The notes beneath the pieces were generated by a model. It was not told where the DNA came from, did not search any database, and worked only from the letters and a program-made list of their open reading frames with translations. Shown one piece after another: positions 14,857 through 26,612 of a stretch of 64,000 nt of DNA. The DNA is from Entomortierella parvispora E1425 (taxonomy: Eukaryota; Fungi; Mortierellomycota): the NCBI GenBank assembly GCA_020891255.1, contig BQFW01000001.1:2294001-2358000 (forward strand). The letters run 5' to 3'. Each line of letters begins with the position of its first letter. Within the stretch, counting starts at the first letter, position 1. The position numbers and the translations under genes were made by a program.

Positions 14857-15330
14857 CGACAGCAACATCTTGGCCGCAATGATCGATCGCACCCGAAAAC
14901 AATCTGGTCGATCCCGAATGATACTATGTGGTCGAATACTTCATCCTTATTTCCTTATTCGCAGCGTGTCAAAACGCACCTTTGAACTCTTCCGCGACCG
15001 TTTTGACACTCGTTCCACAAGAATCCAGAAACCTCCAGATATGATCAATGGTTCGTTTTCAAGTTTCTTTGCTTTATGTCATTCCACTTGTCCTGACGTA
15101 TAACAAACGAAGAACTTGGTTATTATTGAAACAAATCCTTGAGCCACCGTGAAAGGTTTGACCAAGCATTTCGACTCGAAGAGGGCCGCCTAAAACAGCA
15201 ACAATCGATGAAATACAAATAAGTGGTTGCAACGCCAAAATGGGCACCGTGGCGAGGTCCATCGGTGCAACAAATGAAGGTCCTACAGCTAATACGTGAT
15301 TTAGCGGATCGACGGAGCCTGCGAGTGATC

Positions 15331-17845
15331 CTATTTAACTGCACAGAAACATCGTGTTAGTTCCAGTCTTGCCATTGTCGTCTCTTCATCGTGTGAGCAA
15401 TTGGTAAAAATGACTTACTTGCTGATGCTGATGAAGTAGAACGGAAACACCGGTGAGAAGGATACATCAGTTGCCATCTTGAGGCTCTCATGGCTTCGTT
15501 CCTACAAGCAATTGGCAAAAATGACTTACGGGGGCTGATGAAGTAGTACGAAAACACCAGTGAGAGAGATACAGGTGACCACATTAGTAGCCATTTAACG
15601 ACTGCCATGGCGTTGTCGTTACGAGCAATTGGTAAAAATGACTTACTCGCTGATGAAGTAGAACGAAGCACCGGTGAGTGAGATACAGGTGGCCCCGTTA
15701 GTAGCCCTCTTGCGACTGCCACGGCTTCATTCTGACAAGCAATTGGTTAAAGTGACTTACAAACTGATGAAGTAGAACGAAAACATCGGTGAGTGAGTTA
15801 TAAGTAACCACATTGGTAGCCTTCTTGCGACTCTCATAGCTTGGTTGTTACAAGCAATTGGTAAATGTGACTTACCAGCTGATGAGGTAGAATGAAAACA
15901 CAGGTGAGGGGGATGGAGGTGACCACATTAGTAGCTATCTCGCGACTACCTTGGCGTTGTCGTAACGAACAACTGGTGAAATGTCTTACCCGCTAATGAA
16001 GTAGAACGAAACATCGGTGAATGAGATATAGGTGACAACATCAGTTGCCATCCTGCGACTGTCATGGCGTTGTCGTAACGAACAATTGGTGAAAGTGACG
16101 TGACTTACGCCCTGATAAGTAGAACGAACACACCGGTGAGAGAGATACAGGTGACCACGTTAGTATCCATCTTTTGGCTGCCATGGCGTTGTCGTTACGA
16201 ACAATTGGCGGAAGTGACTTACTTGCTGATGAAGTAGAACGAAAAACCGAGTGAGAAACCGGCGGACACATTAGTTGCCTTCTTGTGGCTGTCATGGCGT
16301 TGTCGTTACAAGCAATCGGTAAAAATAACTTACATGCTGATGAAGTAGAAGGAAAACACCGGCGAGAGGGATATAGGTTGTCACATCAGTTGCCATATTG
16401 CGATTGATATAGCGTTGTCGTAGAGCAATTGGTAAAAATAACTTACATGCTTATGAAGTAGTACGAAAACACCAGTGAGAGAGATACAGGTGACCACATT
16501 AGTGGCCATTTTACGACTGCCATGACGTTGTCATTACGAGCAATCGGTGAAAGTGTCTTACCCGCTGACGAAGTAAAACGAAAACATCGGTGAGTGAGAA
16601 ATCAACGGACACATTAGTTGCCTTCCTGTGGCTGTCATGGCGTTTTCGTTGCGAACAATGGTAAAAATGACTTACAGGCTGATGAAGTAGAACGAAAACA
16701 CCGGCGAGAGGGATATAGGTTGTCACATCAGTTGCCATATTGCGATTGATATAGCGTTGTCGTAGAGCAATTGGTAAAAATGACTTACATGCTTATGAAG
16801 TAGTACGAAAACACCAGTGAGAGAGATACAGGTGACCACATTAGTAGCCATTTAACGACTGCCATGGCGTTGTCGTTACGAGCAATTGGTAAAAATGACT
16901 TACTCGCTGATGAAGTAGAACGAAAGCACCGGTGAGTGAGATACAGGTGGCCACGTTAGTAGCCCTCTTGCGACTGCCATGGCTTCGTTCTGACAAGCAA
17001 TTGGTGAAAGTGACTTACAAACTGATGAAGTAGAACGAAAACATCGGTGAGTGAGTTATAAGTAACCACATTGGTAGCCCTCTTGCGACTCTCATAGCTT
17101 GGTTGTTACAAGCAATTGGTAAATGTGACTTACCCGCTAATAAAGTAGAGTGAAAATACCGGCGAGTGAGAAACCAGCGAGCACATTAGTTGTCATCTCG
17201 TGGCTGTCTTGACGTTGTCGTTACGAGCAATTGGTAAAAGTGACTTACCAGCTGATTAAGTAGAACGAACACACCGGTGAGATAGATAGAGGTGACCACA
17301 TTAGTAACCATCTTGGCACTCTCATAGCTTCGTCGTTACAAGGGTAGACTTACCGTCTGATGAAACAAATGAAGGAAAGAGAGACAGGGGTAGAATGTAA
17401 GCTTATATCCAGATAGTGCTGTATATTATCTTTACCAAGGCCTACTTCTCTCTGAGTGCACAGATCATTATCAAGGAGATGGTGTTAATCAACCATGTTA
17501 GCGTCAGTTTTGTGTTTTGTCTTCGCTGTCATAGCGACAATGAAAACTGACTCGTCGATTGATATGTCGCGAAAGAATAAAGAGCTATACGGGCTGCGAG
17601 TGCTTTCTCAAAACTGCCATCGTTGAGGAATGCAGCACTTCTGACTTACCCAGTAATCGAGTGGATCGGATAATACCAGACGGGAAAACCTCAGATTGTT
17701 AAATACAAACGTCGCTAAGGCGATAACCGCTGCTCACCAAGACGCCCGAGGTCTTTTTGCTTTGTCATTCTGTTAAAACTTACACAGGGGCAGCGACAGT
17801 GAAGCCTAGAAAGGCAACAAGGACAAGGAGGAACTGGATCTTCAT
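15331..17845 (-). CDS. Micro-exon gene (21 exons) encoding a 43-aa secreted prepropeptide MKIQFLLVLVAFLGFTVAAPVEKRCGFDILGIIKAGCFDPPIK
   Basis: Exons in transcript order: 17845-17784 (signal peptide, ends CCT GT|GTAAGT); 17451-17446 AGAGAA; 17356-54 ACG; 17251-49 CTG; 17136-34 CGG; 17021-19 TTT; 16906-04 CGA; 16791-89 CAT; 16678-76 CCT; 16564-62 CGG; 16449-47 CAT; 16336-34 CAT; 16225-23 CAA; 16111-09 GGC; 15992-90 CGG; 15878-76 CTG; 15763-61 TTT; 15649-47 CGA; 15534-30 CCCCC; 15421-19 CAA; 15338-15331 TTAAATAG. The total is 132 nt (43 codons + TAG) with no internal stop. Every internal exon is flanked by AG and GT. Confidence 0.85.
15339..17359 (-). repeat. Tandem array of ~114-bp units (17 full units plus a partial one); each unit is one spliceosomal intron plus one micro-exon
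   Basis: Minus-strand consensus GTAAGTCATTTTTACCAATTGCTCGTAACGACAACGCCATGGCAGTCGCAAGATGGCTACTAATGTGGTCACCTGTATCTCTCTCACCGGTGTTTTCGTTCTACTTCATCAG-NNN. Period is 105-119 bp. Across the 18 micro-exons, donors are GTAAGT (16) or GTAAGA (2) and acceptors are CAG (14), TAG (2) or AAG (2); a CTAAT/CTGAT branch-like motif occurs in most units. Confidence 0.97.
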
Positions 17846-18737
17846 TTGGGAGTAATGTGGAGAAGATAGAAGGTGAGGGGTGGAGGTAAAGGTGTAAGTC
17901 GAGCGATGGTTCTTGTCTGGCAAGGAAGACTGTGGCTTTTTGAGGAAGGAACCTCTGTTCAAGGGGCGCATCAAGGGGCATTGCTCTCTCCTATCTTTTG
18001 GGTGGATGCAGATTTCAAGAAAGTGGGGCTCTGCCCATTTCGGCAGCAACATTTTTCCAAAAGGAAAAAAAAAAGTTCTCAGCTGCCGGGCTTGGAGTGA
18101 AGACGATGTAGGACGACTGGCAATTGAGGGCGCAGTTGTGTTGTTTCTTCATCGGTCCGCATTGCTACTTTCCGAGATTAGCACTGTCCCTCGAGCTCCT
18201 TTCCCTCTTCTTCAATTGGTCGTCCCCCGCACCAAAAATGATATTTCAGCGGCGATTGTGCCTTGGCCACGACGCCTGCTGGTTGTACCTGGGAGGAAGC
18301 GGGTCTGTATATGTTTCAAACACCAATATTATAGCCCTCCCCCCCCCCCCCAAAATGCTTGCCCACTCAGACCGCTTTTTGAGCTGATAGGACCCACGGT
18401 CTTCCCTCCGCGACAGGCCCCGGAAATTCAGGACCAAGTATCAAGAGCGCAGGGGGAAAAAGGGGCATGATCAACAAGAACGGAGTCCCCTGTTGTCAAG
18501 TAGCAGGTAGGTCCGCTGATCAGTCATCTGAATGAACTTTATGTTTCTTTCGTTCTTTGACTGGGTCATGTTGGGGTATGGAAAAAAACCGAGAACAAAG
18601 CAGCAACCCGCAGGCTTGATGACCCGAGGGATCCACGCGATGATAAGGATAAGCTACAGAAAGAGGATATAAGGTTTCTCTCCTGGAAACTTGAAAACAT
18701 TGCATGATCGGCTTTGATATCCTTAGTTCTATCTTGA

Positions 18738-19511
18738 ATGTCTTTCCTACCACATCGCCTCACCGCTTCCCTGTGGGATTGCCAAAGTTCGATCCAATCT
18801 TGGTGTGGACGCTTGCCGCAAGTTTGTCGATAGCGAGGACTTTTATACCCTCCCTGTTCCGATCGATTCCAACACAGGCGCCAAAGTCGGGGATTCGTTT
18901 GATATCACCGCCTATTTGCAATCCCAATATCCGACCGCGGGATCTGGCCCCTACAAACACCCGACTTTGTCTATCAACCAGAAACTCTCATCCTGGTCCC
19001 TCTCTCTGTTGAGAGAGAGGGTAAATATGAAGATTACGCTCGATTCAACACCAGTGTCGATGCCGCCTTCACCATTCATATCTCTATCTGTGCCTTTAAG
19101 CTCCCCTTTGATCCTGCCACCGAGGAAGCCAGCAGGGCCCAATTCGTTCAACGCGCCAGCGCCTATGGTATCACATCTTTTGATCAGTTCGAGGTCAAGG
19201 GGGAGGCGCGCGAAAAGGTCAAGGAATCGCTCCGTCTCATGCTGGGTGACCTTGGCAGGCTCTATTTGAGGGACCCTAGCGGGCCCTTCTTGTTGGGTCA
19301 GCAGGCCAGTTACGCCGATCTCATCGTCGGTGGATGGCTTCGAATGATGAAGGTCACTCTTCCAGAGAATGAGTGGGAGGAAGTCAGCAGCTGGCATGGA
19401 GGACTCTTTGGACGTTTGTACGATGGTCTGGAGAAGTTTATGGAGGTCAAGTGGGAGGATAGGCCGAGCTGCTGCAATGATCCATGCATCGCCCAAACCA
19501 AAATAAAATGA
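18738..19511 (+). pseudogene. Intronless GST-like gene (UstS-like/GST_N_3 fungal family), frameshifted and apparently with an N-terminal deletion
   Basis: One frame reads IAKVRSNLGVDACRKFVDSEDFYTLPVPIDSNTGAKVGDSFDITAYLQSQYP (GST N-domain TLP...GDSFDI). A different frame continues ILVPLS...YARFNTSVDAAFT...FDPATEE...GPFLLGQQASYADLIVGGWLRMMKVTLPENEWEEVSSWHGGLFGRLYDGLEKFMEVK. No intron signals explain the shift. Confidence 0.75.
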
Positions 19512-19895
19512 TGAGAGCCGTTGCTTCGCCCGTTTTTGTTCAACGACTTCCCCTGCTGAAGGCCATTTTAAAATAAACGAGATCGTGCCGCGATGTTGCA
19601 TTAAAAAACACGGGCTGTGCTCTCGTGTCATTGCACGCGAGTGCTGATTCGCTTGAAGGAGGCTCCGTCTGGTCAATTCATAGACCTTTGTTCCCTTGTT
19701 CTTTGATAGCTGTTGAATGGGTGCGTGCACTCCCTTGATAGCCCTTGAGGAGTGCATCCAGCCAGCTGAACTCGTTGAGGGGTGGATTCGACTGAGGGTA
19801 TGATCGTCGATTCTTAAGGGGTCCATATGTGATTCATTTATATACATCGCTCGGGCTTGGCTTTTTTCGTCACTCTTTCGCCTTTTCTCTCCTTC

Positions 19896-20695
19896 ATGGT
19901 AGACCTGACTGGTAAGTGCCTCTCCTTGAACAACATACACTCTCACCTTTGCTCCTCTCTGTCGTTTCGTTCTTGTATGCCCTTGCCTTGCTTCATAACC
20001 ACCATTCCTTTCAGCCTGTCTCTCTTTTTTTTTTTTGCTATTCTCATGCTTCAATGACCACGTTTCATTTCAACATTGTCTCTCACGCGTCATTTCGACT
20101 GCGCCCGCCAGCTCAGTGTTGACATTGACTCATTTCTCTCTATTCCTTGTATGTACTTTTCATCAAAAATAGTGATTGCCTCGGTCCTGGCCTTAGTCCA
20201 TCAGTCTTTGACATGCATGGCGCACATTGCCGGGGGGTTCATATGGTAAGTTGTAGCTTCTCTTGCGTTCGTGTTTGTTGCCTTGTGAGTGTGTTGACTG
20301 GTCTTCTTTCGTGTGTTCTCACAAGTCTCTTCTCTTCATCTTCTTCTTGAGTACTCTGCAGACCCTCCCTCATCCCGCCTGCCTCTGTTAGGCTGCGCCG
20401 CTTCCTCGTCGTTTCCAGTTTACAAGTTAAGTGTGTGTGTGGGTGTGTCTCTCTCTTGCTCTTCCATCCCAATCTTTCTTTCATCTCTCCATCGGATGCA
20501 GGTCTGGTGGGAGCTTGAAGAGGTTTTTCGTATTTCTGGCCCTGGCAACAAGAGAGGAAACGTGATTTACGGCTTGAAACCCAACTGCCGCCTTCTGAAT
20601 ACAGAACCCAGCTGGTGGACATGGTTTTGTATCCCATTATGGTCATGCAAATGGCTATCGACCCCGTGTGCTCGTCAACACCTTTGCCTTTGGGT
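19896..20695 (+). other. Possible multi-exon hypothetical gene or spliced transcript
   Basis: GTAAGT donors at 19912 and 20246 and AG acceptors at 20171-72 and 20390-91 give an open spliced frame MVDLTVIASVLALVHQSLTCMAHIAGGFIWLRRFLVVSSLQ...; no family recognised. Confidence 0.25.
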
Positions 20696-22724
20696 AAACG
20701 GCACCGTGTCGAGCACACTGCCCTGAGTATCGCTTGCGTTGCTCTTGGTAACACCTCCTTGTGGCTGTCATGTGAATAGGTATGTCGTTTGGGGGCCTTG
20801 CCGTTTTGGTGTTAATAACAAGGAGTTGAGGAGGCCTGAGGCGACTTCTTTGGAACCACCCTCAGTGTATTCGACCCGTGCTGTCTCTTTGTCCCGTATT
20901 TAGCTTGCTACTTGATGGTTGATCGGCTTCAGCACAAGGACCATTGATGATCATTTTCCAGCTCAGCTCCATTTGACTCTCCTTGGTCGAGCCAGGCCGC
21001 AAGGCTAGGCAATTCCATTTTAGCCCACGTTTGCACTCTCAAACCTGAACGTGGGCTAACCTCCGTATTCTGTCAGCCCTTTTCTAGCACTGGATTACCG
21101 TGCTGGGAACCGTTGCGCAGATATGGTTTCGCGATTTTCGCGGCTTGACACTCCTGCTGGTTCACTCCAGTCCCTTCAACAGGGTTCTTTTTTCAAATCC
21201 TGGGTGGTTCAGATGGCTGAGCTCTGGCAACAGAAATCGGTGGTTTGTTCTGTCTAGGTGGACCGTCGTCTTTCCGCTGGGAGTTTGGGATGTGAAACGT
21301 GGTCTTTTTAACCCTAGATCGTGAAAGCGCCTTCCCCCTGGGATAGGAAGTGTGTGATCTAGAAACCCAGCAATTCCGTGTCATCCCTTTTGGTGCTTTC
21401 TGCAGATTTCGAAATGCGGGCTTTTGAGTTGTAGATGTGAATCTGTCTTTTGTTTTTCCGGGACCAGAAGTGATGAAGTAGTGAGATTCCTCTGGCATTG
21501 ATTTTACGTCCATCCTGTTGCCGGGAGGTGCAACGTGGTCTTTGTCTTTGATTGAGTTGGGAAAGTGTGGAGCAAGAGCAACAACTGTCTAAATGCTTGC
21601 TTCTTGACTGATGATTGACTTTGTACTATGGACTACTCACCTCTTCATACATTTTGGACAGGGACTCTCTGGGCGGTTGCTGGGTCTTCTTGATCTGGTG
21701 GCCATGACAATGCACACAGTTGGCTGAGGCGGAGGAGGTTAGGGATGGCGGGTGGGTCTTCCTTTCGCTCTCAGCGGGATCTTTTGGCACAAGCAAGAAT
21801 ATCGCAACGAGAAAACCATGTACTGAAGCAGGATCTCCAGCAGACCTCGCACCAAATTATCGCCAAGGCAGATCGAGCACGAAAGCCGTACCAGAACAGA
21901 TTGCGCACTGAGCAGGCTCCCAGCAGACCGCCAAAAGCCGAATCCAGCAAACAGATACTCCAGGTAGAGTCCATTTCCGATCCTGAAATGTTTCTTGTCT
22001 TCTCGTCGTGGCCACTCTGCACGTACCTTGGACCAGGATAATACCCTGAAAACTCAGACGCAGCCGTCATTTGCGAGATCTCCCTTCTGGCATCCATTGG
22101 ATCCTCTTGATCCAGACTATGTTTCATGGCGCAAGTCCTTGCTGCTCTTCCATTCCTTTCGACATTCTGAACTGCGAAATCTAATCAACACGGAATAAAA
22201 CATGTTTACCCATACAGACTTCTAGTGTTTTTTTTCATTCACTTTGGTCCGCGATGATCACGATCATCCAGTTTGTTGGGGTGCTGTGAATAACTTGTTG
22301 TCTCTCTTGAAAAGAAGGGTAGGCAAATGGCCAAGAAGAGACCGAGATTCATTGATTTGTTTCCAACGCCACGGAAGAGGCGAGTTGTCGTGAGCGTGCG
22401 GAATCAGAATTCAAGAAAGAGTCAGAGTCAGAGGACAAGAACAAAGGTCCTACCAACATTATGATCCTCTTTTGGACAAGGACTCGGGCAAAGAGACAAA
22501 GGGAAATTCCACCTTCACACCAAAGAAAACGACTGGCGCCTGATTGACTCATCGTGCAAGCACATTCTTTATTCATTTTTTTTTAGAAAACTTATGGTCC
22601 TTTGTGGCCCGACCGATAAATAATGTTCATCGTCTTTTGTTCCAGGGTCAAAAAAAGTTTCTGTCCTCCTGAACTGTTCTTGCTTGTGGTGTGGTTGTTT
22701 GTTGTCGCTGCTGTTTTTACATAT

Positions 22725-25611
<2,887 letters not shown>

Positions 25612-25616
25612 TGTAG

Positions 25617-25646
25617 ATGAATGAATGAATGAATGAATGAATGAAT
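25617..25646. repeat. (GAAT)n microsatellite immediately upstream of the CNA1 start codon
   Basis: GATGAATGAATGAATGAATGAATGAATGAATAA seen directly. Confidence 0.85.
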
Positions 25647-26612
25647 AAAATGAAATGAAGGGAATGAAAGAAGGAGGGTAGGAAGGAAAGAGAGGGAGAG
25701 AGAAAGGGACGGAGGAAGGAAGTCAGAGACAGAAGAAAAGAAGGGAAAGAGTGAAGCAAAGGAGCGCAAGCCAAAAAAGAACACAACGCGAGGCAATTCT
25801 GACTGTCTGCCTGTCTGGCCACCCCCCAGGCGGGAAGAGGGAAGAGGCGCGTCCAGTGCCGCCATGGGGACATCTCTGTTCGTGTCCCTTTCTTTGTCTT
25901 GTTCTCTCCTCGTCTCTTTCACGGTTCGCTCGTGGCTGGACACTCGCGTTGTTGTCCTGTCTTGTGCTGACCCTCTTGCAACCACGCGGCAGGCGCAGGC
26001 ATCGCCCTTTCGGTGCTTGGCCATCCATGCCTCGCTTTGGGCGTTGTGCGGGAAAATTCCTGTCAAAAAAAAAAAAAAAAAAAAAGTGGTGATCACCTGA
26101 TATCGTTATTGCCGCGCACAGTTGATCATGGAAATAAAATAATCGTCGCGCTTGATCGGCAGCTCGCTCCGCTCCCCAAGTCAAGAAGGACAGACGAACA
26201 GAGCAGAGGAAACATGACATGGCAAGACAGACAGAGGTAGACAGAGTGGTGGGACAATACATTCAGTACTGTACAGTGTACAGCAAGCAAGACGGAATCA
26301 GCAGCAAAGAACAGGGCAAGGTGAAAACACGAGAAAGAAAGGGCAGGACCAGTCGCTGACACCCCTCCAGGCGAATGTGACGTTTTGACACCCTGCGCTT
26401 CCTTGCTTCATTTCCCCTTGACAATCCACTCCACAGTTCACAGCGCCCCTTCTCGAGCGGGCCCAGTTCAGCCGTTGGTTTCTTGCTTCTTCTTCTTTCT
26501 TGCTTCTTCTTCTTTTCTTACTGCACTCCACTTGCTCCCCGTCTCATCCTCTCTTTGTACCCTTCCATCTCTACCCTCTCTCCCTTCCCCTCACTTACAT
26601 CCCACAGCCGGC

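Noticed and set aside
15357-16738. ORF-track calls inside the array (15357-15722, 16062-16295, 16511-16738)
   Set aside because: They are chance read-throughs of intron repeat sequence, interrupted by stops between units, with no consistent protein repeat.
15339-17359. CRISPR array or plain satellite interpretation of the 114-bp repeat
   Set aside because: The constant part is ~111 bp and the variable part only 3 nt, there are no cas genes, and the context is eukaryotic. Invariant splice signals and an open spliced frame explain the pattern better.
17436-17451. Alternative 16-nt exon 2 (AGAGAAGTAGGCCTTG, donor GTAAAG)
   Set aside because: It places an in-frame TAG after V-E-K; the 6-nt version keeps the frame and creates KR.
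17650-17714. 65-nt exon between the TAG at 17715-17 and the donor at 17649
   Set aside because: It contains an in-frame TAA in phase 2 (and TGA in phase 0) and would break the downstream phase.
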